Shown: in pieces, positions 24,860 through 36,399 of the stretch | Layout of the letters: each line of letters starts with the position of its first letter | Position numbering within the stretch: position 1 is the first letter of the stretch | Source of the DNA: Vicugna vicugna | Taxonomy: Eukaryota | Length of the DNA stretch: 64,000 bases | Assembly (NCBI GenBank): GCA_013265495.1 | Contig: MU058781.1 | Span: forward strand, 7,203,324 to 7,267,323 | Direction: 5' to 3' | Program-made: the position numbers and the translations under genes | Notes under the pieces: model-generated | Told to the model about the DNA's origin: nothing | Database searches by the model: none | What the model saw: only the letters and a program-made list of their open reading frames with translations

Positions 24860-26318
24860 CTCTGTTGCTATTGAGTTGTATGAATTTATTATTTGGGATA
24901 TTAACTTCTTATCAGATATATATATATATATATACACACACATATATATATATGACTTGCAAATGTTTTCTGCCATTTCTTAGATTGACTTTTGAATTTT
25001 GTCAGATGCTTTTTCTGCATCTATTAAGGTGGTGTTATGATTTTTGTCTCTCATTCGGCTAATATGGTGTATCACATTTACTGATTTACATATGTTGAGA
25101 CATCCTTATATCCCAAGGATAAATCCCAGTTGATGGTGCTGTATGATTCTTTTCATGTGCTGTTGAATTTGGTTTGCTGGTATTTTGTTGAGAATTTTTG
25201 TATCTATATTCGTCAGGGATTTTGCCTGTAGTTTTCTCTTCTTGTAGCATTCTTATCTGGCTTTGGTATCAGGATAATGCTGGCCTCGTAAAATGAGTTT
25301 GGAAGTGTTACCTTCTCTTCAATTTTGGGGGGAAGAGTCTGAGAAGAATTAACTTTAATTTTTCTTTAAATGTTCCGGAGGACTTACCTGTGAATCATTT
25401 TGGTCCCAGGCTTTTATTTGTTGAGGTTTTTGTTTAGTGATTTAATTTCTTTGTTATTGATCTGATCAGATTTTCTGTTTCTTCATGATTCAGAATTGGC
25501 AGGTTATGTTTTTAGGAATTCATCTACTTCTTCAAGGTTGTCCAATTTGTTAGTATATAATTGTTCATAGTAGTCTCTTATGATCCTTTCTATTTCTGTG
25601 GTATCAGTTGTAATGTTTCCTTTTTCCATTTATAATTTTATTTATGTTTTTGTTTTCTTTTTCTTGGTAAGTGCAACTGAAGTTTTGTCAACTTTGTTTA
25701 TCTTTTCAAAAAACCAAGTATTAGTTTTATTGATCATTTCTGTTGTTTTTCTATTCTTTATTTCTGCTCTGATCTTTGTTACCACTTTCCTTCTGCTAAC
25801 TTTCAGCTCAGTTTGTTCTTGTTTCTCTAGTTTCTTGAGGTATAAAGTGAGGTTGTACATTATTTGAGATCTTTCTTTTTTCTTAATGTAGGCATTTTCC
25901 CTATAAATTTCCCTCAGCGCTGCTTTTGCTGCAGCCCAGAATTTTGCTGTGTTTTCATTTTTTTTTTTAGATCCCAATATGGGATTTTCTTGAGTTGCCC
26001 CACAAGGCTGGGGAAGCTGATTGTTCACCTTGCTCTCTGTTTCCCTGTGGGGGAACTCTTTGTAGCTGGAGCATCCCTTCTTGGCACTGAGGAAGGCCAG
26101 GTTGGGGGATGGGATGATGCAGCTAAAAACAAAACGATCTTCTTTGCCTTTTTACGTGGTTATTCTCAAGTTTTTTGTCTAAATATGTTATTGAAGTTTC
26201 TTGAATAGACTCCAGAGCTCTCCCAGAATGTTTTGTTTGTAAACAGCCATCTAAATGTTGAACTTTGTGTGGGATGTAGGCTGGGGTTTCTTACTCCACC
26301 ATCTTGGTGATGTCACTC
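24860..26318 (-). mobile_element. Internally deleted L1 (5' end joined to ORF2 fragments)
   Basis: ORF 25642-26028(-) gives FWAAAKAALRE...NAYIKKKERSQI.NLTLYLKKLEKQEQT..KVSRRK..KIRAEI...WFFEKINKVDK, the L1 ORF2p region after the endonuclease domain. The - strand at 26318-26290 reads agtgacatcaccAAGATGGtggagtaag, an L1 5' start with a YY1 core. Confidence 0.8.
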
Positions 26319-26479
26319 ACTATGACACTTTTAACCAGTTACTGTGAGTCAGAATCGTGGAAGCCCACGACTTAAGGGAAGGGTGTTAAGAGATAATCTA
26401 ACTAGAGTTTCATGGCAGGGAAGTGATTTGCCAGTCGTCACACTTACTAGAAAAGTAGAAAGAAGATAACCTGGCCTGG

Positions 26480-26615
26480 TAGAATGTACACAGACCTTGG
26501 CGTCACATAGACTTGGATTGGAATCCATCTTTATCCATTCTTTAACTCTTCGGGCCTTCAATTTCCTCACTGGTAAAGGGTGAATAACAACCTACTCTTC
26601 AGGAATGTTATATGG
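26480..26615 (+). mobile_element. MIR fragment
   Basis: agacttggattggaatcc...gggccttcaatttcctcactggtaaaggg...ataacaacctac. Confidence 0.55.
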
Positions 26616-26625
26616 CAAAAGGAAT

Positions 26626-26997
26626 TGTCTTGGTTAACTCAGGCTACTATAAAAAATAGCATAGATTTGGCGGCTTAAATCTTTGGTGACAGTTCTGGAG
26701 GCTGGGGAGTCCAAGATGAGGGTGCAGCGTGGTGGGTTCTAGTGAGAGTTCTCTTCCTGGCTTGCAGATGACTGCCTTCTTGCTGCATCCTCATACAGAG
26801 GAGAGAGGAGACTGAGAGAGAGCTCTCCAGTCTCTGCTTATAAGGGTACTAATCCCATCATGAGAATTCCACCCTCATGACCTCATTTAAACCTAAACCT
26901 AGTTACTTCCCAAAGTCCCTCCCTCCTAGTGCCAACACCTTGGAGGTTAGGATTTTAACACATACATTTTTGGGGCACACATACTCAACCCATAACA
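26626..26997 (-). mobile_element. MaLR LTR (MLT1A-like) with 5-bp TSD
   Basis: TG...CA termini; cagttctggaggctggggagtccaagat, ctcttcctggcttgcagatg, ccaccctcatgacctcatttaa. TSD GGAAT (26621-26625) / TGAAT (26998-27002). Confidence 0.85.
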
Positions 26998-28182
26998 TGA
27001 ATGATAACTTAATGTCCCTAAAGAAACTAGCTATGGAGTAGTTGACAAACATATTTTTCCTTCTCACTTCCTCTTTCTGTCTATGCAGTTGGCCAGTGAG
27101 GTTTCCCAGCTGTCTGTGTTGGGGCATTGCATTGGATCATTTTCTTCGTGACATGGTTGCTGTGATAAGTCACTGATAAGTGACTGCATGTTTATGATAC
27201 CCATAGTATCCATGAACTGGTACATGCCAAATACCCTATGGCAATAGAAAGCTTGAAAATGGCAGTGATTGTATAACAGATTTTATGAATGTTTGGAGAG
27301 GCGATTTTTATGTAGCTTGTTGTACCTCTTCCCTATTTAGAATCACTACTGAAGCCTTACTAGAAATGAAAAGTTAGCTTGATGTAATGCCGAGAGCACT
27401 GCTCTAAGTCAATGCTTAAATCTGACAAAAATCTAATCTGCATTTAGGCTTCACCACATACAGTTTGTAGCATTTGGAATATTATTTCACCTTTATGAAG
27501 TTCAGTTTCTCCTAATCCCAAATGGGACTGAAAGTTTATTTTTAAGACCAAATGGGATATATATGTGTATATATATATCTATGTAAGGAATTGAGAAGGA
27601 AGGAGTTATGACAAAAATACAATGTTCCCGCCACATAATATGTGAAGATAAAACCCTAAGCTACCAGCAGTGTGACTGTCACTCATCCCCTATGGGAGCC
27701 TAGTGCAATGCCTTGATTCCTTTGAATTCAGCGTGTACTTACAGAATACCTGGCCTGTTTAAGACAACTTAGCTGAAATCAGAGCTCTACCTTATGTCAA
27801 GGCTTTATCCTACCAGGTGGTCTTTGAGTTAAGTACTCATCTTAAGTACTGTGCACATCCTTTTACTGACTTCTCAAAAAGCAAACAAACAAACCCCAAA
27901 CCCCAATATCCCACTTAGCTTGGGACTGTGCAAAAAGTTTACTTAAGCATAGCCAGATATTTCATAACTTATGTACTGTGTTCACCTTTCTTAGCAAAGG
28001 ACAGACAGAATTCTAATTCTGTTCTCTATTTACATCCCATAAAAGTCCTAGAAATGTTCCCGATCTCAGGAAACCATGATACAAGAAACCCCACTTAGAA
28101 TCACTATCTTGGATAGGTGGAATGAGTTAGCTTAATGTTCACTTCACACTATCACAGGTCATGCAGTGGCAAAAAAAAAAGG

Positions 28183-28772
28183 GTAGCAGACAGATACTTG
28201 GATGACTCCCTAGTGATCTTTGCCTACTGATGTTCACATCCTTGTGTAATTAACTCCCCTTGAGTGTGGGTGGAAGCTGTGACTTGCTTCTAACCAATAA
28301 AACGTGGCAAAGGTAACAGATGTCACTCCTGTGATTATGTTATAGTATAAAAGACTCTGTCTTGCTAGTAGACTTGCTCAAGAGACTCTCTCTTTCTCAC
28401 TGGATGTGAAGAAGCAGTCAGCCATATTGGGAGGTCTGTGTAGCAAGAAGCTGGGGGAAGCTTCTAGGAGCTGAGGCCAACATCCAGTTGACAACCAATA
28501 AGCAGCTAGGGCCCTTGGTCCTATTGCAAGGAAATGAATTCTGCCAACAGCCTGAGTGAGCTTGAAAGTGGTTTCTCCCCAGTCTAGCTTCCAGATGAGA
28601 CCGTAGCTCTAGCTGACACCTTGATTACAACCTTCTGGGGCCCAGAGCAGAGGACACAGTGAAATTGTGCCTGGACTTGTGAGCCATAGAAAATAGATGT
28701 AATAATAAGTATGTACTGTTTTAAGCCTCTAAGTTTGCAGAAATTTGTTACCCAGGAATTGTTAACTTATAT
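28183..28772 (+). mobile_element. MaLR LTR (MLT1E/F-like)
   Basis: ccccttgagtgtgggtgg...gtgacttgcttctaaccaata, aaggaaatgaattctgccaacagcctgagtgagcttg, ttttaagcctctaagtttg. Confidence 0.8.
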
Positions 28773-28990
28773 AATAAAGTAGTAATTTATATAATAAAGT
28801 AAATTACATAAATAAAGTAGTAAAAATTTATATAATGAAATATAAATAATAAAATATAATATTTTATTTCATGCAATTTATTATATATCTATTTATAATT
28901 GGAAAAATAGATTCATATTCTATATTTTAAAAATATTTTCAAGTTACTTTCTTTTTAGTATAAGAAACAAAGAAAAAAGTATCTTAGCAA
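28770..28990. repeat. AT-rich low-complexity / degenerate ~20-bp tandem repeat
   Basis: Repeated tataataaagtagtaa(a)ttta units at ~28768-28840. Confidence 0.6.
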
Positions 28991-29674
28991 ATATTATAAA
29001 CCACACCAAAAGACTGTGCTCTTAAATCTGCACTAAGCCTTTAAGTGTAAAAAGCAGGTGTGAACTTTGAAAACATGTTTTCTTTCCATGTAGGTAGTCT
29101 GCTACATTAACATTTGGGGTTGGGAGGGAAAGAAGACGTTATGAAGTGTTCATTGATGCATGTTACACTGATTGTGAATGACAACTTCCTTTCAGCAAGA
29201 TGTAGTGCATTCAACCATTTTGAGCTTTATTTAATATTTTTTCTCTCAGAAACCATTACTGATGCTTTTAGCTTGGTAACAGATAGATTGGCAAAAAAAT
29301 TAGATGATTTGGCAAAAGTCTGGGCTCTGGAGTCCTCATGAATTAGGCATTGCCTTGTACAGCCTCAGAGAGCTTACACAGGCAGCAGCTTGCCTTCGTT
29401 TTTGGTGAGTCCCAACATTCTCCCAGGCTAAGTCCAGGGATAGGAAGCCGGGGCCCAAACGGTAAAGTTTAATGAGCCAGTCATGCAGCAACAGGAGAAT
29501 TAGCTCCTCAGAGGCTGAGATGATTTCTATTTCATAGCACAAAGCCACTTAATAAGAACACATAAAACCTTTCTTCATTTTTCTTCAAGAGAATGTACAG
29601 AATTTATCAGAAAAGGGAGTATGGGCTCGAATTCACAGAGCGTTTCTTCTTTTCAAATAGCGTGTCAGTGAATA

Positions 29675-30164
29675 CAGGCCTATCTCAGAGAAATTGTAGA
29701 TTTGGTTCCAGAACCACCACAATAAAGTGAAAATCACCATAAAGTGAGTCTTGTGAATTTTTTGGTTTTCCAGCACATATAAAAGTTATGTTTGCACTAT
29801 ATTATAGTCTATTAAATGTAAATAGCATTATGTCTAAAAAATGTACATACCTTAATTAAAAAATGTTATTGCTAAAAAATGCTATTACCTGAGCTTTCAG
29901 CCAGTTTTAACCTTTTTGCAATAGTAACATCAAAGATCACTGATCACAGATCACCATAACAAATATAATAATAATGAAAAAGTTTGAACTCTTTTGAGAA
30001 GTACTAAAATGTGACACAGAGACACGCACTGAGCAAATGCTGTTGGAAAAGTGGTGCCGATAGACTTGCTTGACTCAGGGTTGCCATAAATCACCAATTT
30101 GTAAAAAAAAAAAGGCAATATCTGTGAAGCACAATAAAACAAAGTGCAATAAAATGTTTGCCTG
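29675..30164 (-). mobile_element. Tigger1-derived non-autonomous DNA transposon (both TIRs, ~490 bp)
   Basis: Left end TA|caggcctatctcagagaaattgtagatttggttccagaaccaccacaataaag and right end aagtgcaataaaatgtttgcctg match the two Tigger1 termini; no transposase ORF. Confidence 0.85.
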
Positions 30165-30301
30165 CACAACCATTTGCCATTAGCTATGTTATGTCTGATT
30201 GATAACCAGCACTCGTGTATTGCTCAAATATTGTTAATTTTAAACTATAGGATATTACTCTTGAGATTTCCATAGGAAATCTTTGAGCACTAGGTCTAAA
30301 C

Positions 30302-30475
30302 CAGTGATTCTTAGCCTGAGCTGCACAATGGAACCTCCTGAGAGATTTAAAAATCCCAATGCCCAGGTCATACTACAGAATTATGTCAGAATCTCTGGGG
30401 CTGGGTTCAAGCCATCAGTTGTTTTTGAAGCTCCCCAGGTGATTTCCAAGGTGAAGTTAGTGTTGAGAGTTATGG
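30302..30475. mobile_element. MER5A-like hAT-Charlie MITE
   Basis: cagtgattcttagcctgagctgcacaatggaa...tcagaatctctgggg...agctccccaggtgatt...ttgagag. Confidence 0.7.
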
Positions 30476-30659
30476 GGACTTTAACTTCTATTTTATACTC
30501 ACATTTTCACTGTAACCACACATTTGATGTCTTGAACTAAAATATAATTCAGGTAAAAATCAGGAAATAAGCAAAAACACGCAAACAAACCAATAAGAAC
30601 GAAGAATAAAATGACAGCAACAACTAGATGCTTTTTTCCCTCTCCCAAAGGCACATTTG

Positions 30660-31780
30660 CTCTTTCATCAGACACTTATTGTGAACCTGTTTTAATTTTC
30701 GCACCTTGCTAGGGGCTGGTGTCCAGAAACAATGACCCAGGCCGTCACCATATGGAATTTTTCACCTGATGTCTGATATAAATAAATCAATAGTTATGAC
30801 TTCAAGAGTAGAACTATTATTGAGTAATGTATAGAGTGTTAGGTAAGCATAAAAATGAGGAATATAATTCAGATAGGGCTAGGGTGTATAGAAGCTTACT
30901 GAATGAGCTGATACTAGATTTGAATCTCAAATATAAGGAGATTGACTCAGGTGGAGAAGGTGGGGAAGAGCATTATAGGTTGATGGAAAAGCATGTGTGA
31001 CGGCATAGGAACAAGGTAAAATACGGTCTTTGTTGTAAGCAGAATCATGTGTTACCCCCCCCCCCCCCCCCGCCCCCCACACCCGCAAGATGTCCACATC
31101 TTAATTCCTGGAACCTGTGGCTATGTTATGTTGCATGGCAAGGAGAAATTAAAGTTGCAGGTAAAATTAAGTTTACCAATCAGCAGACTTTATGGTAAGG
31201 AGATTATCTTGGATTGTACAGATAAATTCAATGTAATCATAAGGACTCTTTAAAATGAAAGAGGGAGACAGAAGGGAGGTCAGAGTCAGAGAGAGATACG
31301 AAAATGCTACACTGCCAGCTTTGAAGATAGAGGAAGGGGCCAGGAGCCAAGGAATGCAGGTGGCCTCGAGAAGCTCAAAAAGGCAAGATAACTGATTTCC
31401 CCTGAGAGCCAACAGACTGTAGCCCTGCCAATACCTTGATTTTAGACTTCTGACCTTCATAGCTATGAGATAATAAATTTGTGTTTTTCAAGCTTCTAAG
31501 TTCATGGTGATTTGTTATAGCAGCAATAGGAAGCTAATACAGTTTCTGGCAGGGAACTGCAAGTGGAGATACATTTGGGATAAAGTGTTCATGAGCCGCT
31601 GAATGACTTTTGGCAGGGGAGGAAATGAAGCAAAATCATATTGTAGAAAGCCACACCTCTGGCAGTGCTGATAATGATTTGAAATAGGATTACCTGCAGA
31701 AGGGAGCAGGATATGAATAGAGAGATTAGAGAGGAGACTAATGTGGTAATTTGAGCAAGAATAGTAAGAAGACTGATAAT
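30660..31780 (-). mobile_element. L2 fragment interrupted by an MLT1D-like LTR
   Basis: gacacttattgtgaacc...ggggctgg and gaagagcattatagg...aaaagcatgtg, continuing after 31542. Confidence 0.45.
31031..31541 (+). mobile_element. MaLR LTR (MLT1D-like) with an expanded poly(C)
   Basis: aagatgtccacatcttaattcctggaacctgtg...aaggggccaggagccaaggaatgcaggtggcctc...gcagcaataggaagctaataCA; C run at ~31055-31078. Confidence 0.85.
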
Positions 31781-31789
31781 GGTTGCTTT

Positions 31790-32020
31790 TTATTGAGGAC
31801 ATGCTTATGCATAATCCTGCATCTTGCATCTTAAATTCTAATTTTTAAATCTTAAAAAAAAACTCTCAGAGGAAATTTTAATACCCACATTTTATAGGAG
31901 ACGAAACTGGGGCTCAGAGTTTAATAAATGAAGTTGCTCAGGATCATACAGCCAATTAGTGATGAGCTGTGTTTGGAACCAGTTCTGTTGACCTCAGAGC
32001 CCATGGATTTTCTAGTATTT
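31790..32020 (-). mobile_element. MIR SINE
   Basis: cccacattttataggagacgaaactggggctcagag...gctcaggatcatacagcc...gacctcagagccca. Confidence 0.7.
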
Positions 32021-33642
32021 CATGGTACCTGAAAAGAAAGACAGATAGCAGCTGACCTGAGAATGAATGAGAAGATTTTTTTTTTTTAAAGTGCAAGGAA
32101 TCAGTGCCACTGGGAACAATCTTCCGTACTAGAGAAGCATTTGAGGATTTTAAAATAATAACTGAAGTTCAAGAAAATGAACCTTGGTCATAAAGGGAAA
32201 AAAAAAGATGAAACATAGACTTTGCTTCTTTTCTGTAAAATGCTTAAACCCTTCATAAGTGTACCAACAACATTTAACCAGGGTATAGAATATTTCTGCT
32301 GTTGAGAACCCATACTGTTTGGTGCAGTTTGTTGGGTGAAGATTGAGCTGATGTAAATCGGTGCAGAGTAGGTGCAACTGGCTATACTGGTAATAGAGTA
32401 CACCAAGCCAAAACTCTAGGAAGGTGGCTTGCTTTCTGGAGCATGTAAGAACTTTCCTGTAGAGTGGTGAAAGAAGTCACAGGCAGGGAAGTTCATAGTT
32501 CTACTCAAACCATCTACATAATTATAAAGGATGACCACGGGTATGCTGGGTAGCTTTAGCTATGTTGTCAAAAATCCTAACATTCTAATTGCTCAGCAAA
32601 CTCAGTAAGGCCGAGGATCACTGGATGATGCTTTGTTCGTTTCTGTCTCTTCAGTGCCTGATAGGTGCCATGTTGAATATTTGTTAACTTGACTAAATGC
32701 ATATTAAAATACATTTTTCTTGTAATTGTTACTGGTTTTGGCTATATGCTGTTGCCAAGATTTTAGCCCTAATCAGGTATAGCTACAGTTCATTTATTTA
32801 ATGATAGCTAAAGAAAATCTAAATTCTTAGTTTATACTATTAATTTATAATGAACATTGCCTGAAATAAGAGTGACTTTGATTGGGCTAGAATATTTACT
32901 TTTATAATACAAAGAGATTATTGTTAAATTGTGTTTGCTTCAATGGGTTGTGGTATGTGCTATTACTGTGATGTTTGGGTTGAGTGTGATTTGGCTCACA
33001 AGGACACAGTGGTGTGAATGTTCTCTATGAACTCATGCAGAGAGTTGAGAAAGAAAATCTGAGAGGAGAGAAAAGAATAGAGGGCTTCACCTCTGTGATC
33101 TCAAATGTGAACACACACTGATGTTAAGATGGACAGAGAGACACAAGATCCCCAGAAAGATAGAAGGAGAGTGAAATCAATGAGCAGAGTCAGAAAATGC
33201 AGAGCAAAACAAAACAGCACAGACTAAAAAGTAGAGAAGCTGTCAATAGGTCAGAGGTTTAGAGATGCTGAGTTAAAGAGATACAGCAGACTCCTGAGAT
33301 GAAGAAATTCTGCTCACTGATTATGTGGATTAATAAAAGGGAGGCCATTAAAATACCTCCTCTTGTATGGGTTATAATACATCTGTCCAAAATTGGGCTC
33401 GCTTCAATTCCCAGAGTGTTTGTCTTTCAGACACAGTTTTAAATCAAGCTTAGCTTCTGCTAAATCTTCAATTTACATGCTTTCAAGGATTGGGTATGCA
33501 CTCAGAGTTTACTAAATGCTGAGATTTCACTGAATACTGTAGTTGCCAACAGGGCGATTGGATATATTTGTACTCGTTTCTGGAGGTGTTTTTGTTCAGG
33601 GGTTCCCAAATGCTGACTCAGAGACTAGCTATGTCAGAATCA

Positions 33643-34650
33643 TTTTATTTTATTTTTATATTTTTATTGAAGCATAGTCAGTTTACAATGTTTTGTCCAT
33701 TTCATTATAGATTACTGCAAGATACTGAATATAGTTCCCTGTGCTATACAGAAGAAATGTGTTGTTTATCTATTTTATAAATGGTAGCTAGTATCGGCAA
33801 ATCTCTGACTCCAATTTATCCCTTCCCACTCCTTTCCCTCTTGGTAATCCCAAGTTTATTTTCTAAGTCCATGAGTCTATTTCTGTTTTGTAAAGAAGTT
33901 CATTTGTGTCTTTTATTTTTTTTAGAGTCCACCTATGAGTGATATCATATGGTGTTTTTCTTTCTCTTTCTGGCTTACTTCACTTAGAATGACGATCTTC
34001 AGGTCCATCCACATTGCACAAATGGCATTAGTTTATTCTTTTTTATGGCTGAGTAGTATTCCATTGATTCCATTGTATAAATATACAACTTCTTTATCTA
34101 GTTATCTGTCCATGGACATTTAGGTTGTTTCCATGTCCTGGCTATTGTAAGTCGTGCTGCTATGAACATGGAGGTGTGTGTATCTTTTCGAATAGAGTTC
34201 CCTCCAGATATATGCCCAGGAGTGGGATTGCTGGATCATATGGTAAGTCTATTATTTAGTCTTTTGAGGAATCTCCATACTGTTTTCCATAATGGCTGCA
34301 CAAAACTACATGCCAACCAACAGTGTAGAAGGGTTCCATTTTCTCCATATCCTCTCCAGCATTTATTGTTTGTGGACTTGAATAATGGCCATTCTGACTG
34401 GTGTGAGGTGATGCCTCATTGTCATTTTATTTGCATTTCTCTGATAATTAGCAATATTGAGCATTTTTTCACGTGCCTATTGGCCATTTATATGTCTTCA
34501 CTGGAGAATTGCTTGTTTAGGTCTTCTGCCCGTTTTTGGATTAGGCTGTTTTTTTTTTGTTATTAAGTTGTACAAGCTGTTTATATATACTGGAAATTAA
34601 GTCCTTGTCAGTCACATTATTTGCAAATATTTTCTCCCATTCTGTAGGTT
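33643..34650 (-). mobile_element. Young L1 3' ~1 kb (ORF2 C-terminus + 3' UTR)
   Basis: T-rich tail followed by ttgaagcatagtcagtttacaatg; reverse-complement match to the + strand L1 at 50540-51590. Confidence 0.9.
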
Positions 34651-34688
34651 AGAACCTGTATTTTTTATAAGTGCCTTGATATCTAATG

Positions 34689-35561
34689 CAGGTGTTGGCA
34701 AACTTTTTCTCTAAAGGGCCAAATAGTAAGTATTTCAGATTTTGTGGGCCATGAGGTCTCTGATACAACCACTCAACTCTGCCATTGTAGCCTGAAAGTA
34801 ACCCTAGGCAACACAACACATGACCATGGCTGTGTTCAAATAAAACTTAATTTACAAAAACAGGCAGCAGGTTCCTCAAAAAGAAATTAAACATAGAATT
34901 ACCATATGACCTAGAAATTTCATCCTACGTATGTACCCAAAAGAATCAAAAGCAGGGACTTGTCCATCCATGTTCATAGCAGCATTATTCATAATAGCCA
35001 GAAGGTGGAAGCAGTGTAAGTGTTCATCAGTAAATGAACAGATAAGCAAAATGTGGTCTATGCATGAATCGGAACACTATTTCGTCTTAAGAAGGAATGA
35101 AATTCTGACACATGCTACAACATGGATAGATATTGAGAACATTATAGAAGTGAGATAAGCCAGACACAAAAGGACAAACATTTTATGAGTCTGTTTGTAT
35201 GAGTACTTAGAGTACTCTAGGTCAAATTCATAGAGAAAGAAAGTAGAATCCTTGTTACCAGAGGCTGGGGAAGGGGAAAATGGGGAGCTATTGTTTAAGA
35301 GATAAAAAATTTCAGTTTGGGATGATGAAGAAGTTCTGGAGATGGATGGTGGTGAGATTACACAACGATGTGAATGTGCTTAATACCACTGAATTGTACT
35401 GAAGGAGCTTAAATGGTGAATTTTTGTTATGTTTATTTTACTACAATAAAAAGAAATTAAAAACATAATTAAAAAGTAGAAAAACACAAGTAAAAAGTAA
35501 AATAAAGAAGAAATGGCAGGAGGCACAGATTTGACTCATGGCTCTAGTTTACCAGTCCCTG
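34689..35561 (+). mobile_element. MER58A-like hAT-Charlie MITE split by an L1
   Basis: 5' TIR caggtgttggcaaac and 3' end tagtttaccagtccctg; 8-bp TSD ATCTAATG (34681-34688) / GTCTAGTG (35562-35569). Confidence 0.8.
34872..35507 (+). mobile_element. L1MB-like 3' fragment inserted in MER58A
   Basis: ORF 34931-35158 [15 protein letters not shown]...NEILTHATTW is the L1 ORF2p C-terminus; A-rich tail; degenerate TSD aaaaacaggcagcagg (34856-34871) / aagaaatggcaggagg (35508-35523). Confidence 0.85.
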
Positions 35562-35644
35562 GTCTAGTGCTCGGGTAGGGAATCACCAGCAATAGTTCAT
35601 ATCCTTTTGGAGTTATGATGGCAGCCAAACCCACCCTTACTTTT

Positions 35645-35777
35645 TGTTGTTGTTGTTGTTGGGAGAGGAGGAGGTAATTAGATTTTTATTTATTTATTTT
35701 TAATGGAGCTACTGAGGATTGAACCCAGGATCCTGTGCATGCTAGGCATGCACTGTACCACTGAGCTATACCTCCCT
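35645..35777 (-). mobile_element. tRNA-derived SINE, Vic-1-like (camelid)
   Basis: The - strand reads gggaggtaTAGCTCAGTGGtacagtgcatgcctagcatgcacaggatcctgGGTTCAATCCtcagtagctccattaaaaataaataaa...ctaattacctcc...(caa)n, with A and B boxes. TSD ccttactttt (35635-35644) / cctcactttt (35778-35787). Confidence 0.85.
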
Positions 35778-36089
35778 CCTCACTTTTCTTTGATTTGATT
35801 TTTTTTCCCAAAATGGAACTCTCTAATGTTTAACAACACAAAATATTTCTCAACTTCTATGGAAAACAAGGTTCTCTTAGTGTCATATTTAGATCAAATT
35901 GCATATTGTGTTATTATGATCTACTTTTGTCTTCCAAAATCCACCTGCCACTAAATACTTGATAGGGTTTTCCATAAGGAAATATTCCAGATGCATTACC
36001 TGCCTTCACCATTTTTTATTTCTCTGTTTGTCTGTGTGACTCTTGACCTGGATTCTTGTGTCACTAAAATTGTTTCTCTTCTCATACAG

Positions 36090-36179
36090 TGAGGCCAGAA
36101 GTGTTCTTCGCAAACTACTCCTTGTTGGACAGAGGGATGGAAGTCCTCCACCATCTACGGAGACATGAGGAGTTTGGTG
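36090..36179 (+). other. Internal exon (90 nt) of the unnamed + strand host gene; coding or 5' UTR status unresolved
   Basis: Branch-like cactaaa (~36062), tract ttgtttctcttctcatacAG (AG 36088-36089) and donor GTG|gtaagt (36180); non-repetitive and CpG-retaining. One frame is open throughout (RPEVFFANYSLLDRGMEVLHHLRRHEEFG); another frame ends in ATG AGG AGT TTG GTG (MRSLV). Confidence 0.65.
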
Positions 36180-36399
36180 GTAAGTGTTCTCCCTCCAAAT
36201 GCTATTGAATGGACAGAATAATGTCACCTCTGCTGTTTGCTCCTCTTCATATCCATTTCATATTTTGTTTCTTAAGCAGTTGATGTCTTACAATAAAGAA
36301 AGGTGCAGCAGTCTAGATCCAAAGTACAAAGTCATCCTAATTAGTAAAGAAGCGGCAACATAAAAGGGTATAGCATGGAAGCAGAGAGAGGATAGACTG

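Larger units (their letters stand above)
33597..35588. mobile_element. MER5-like hAT element acting as host of nested insertions
   Basis: Three fragments: caggggttcccaaa...gtcagaatc (33597-33641), agaacctgtatttt...aag...gatatctaatg (34651-34688), gggtagggaatcacc (to ~35588). Confidence 0.45.

Noticed and set aside
35700..35777. tRNA-like sequence on the - strand
   Set aside because: Has A and B boxes but continues into a SINE body, tail and TSD, so it is a SINE head, not a tRNA gene.
36091..36168. Exon frame EARSVLRKLLLVGQRDG resembling a GTPase beta-1 strand
   Set aside because: No GxxxxGK P-loop follows and the frame stops within the exon.
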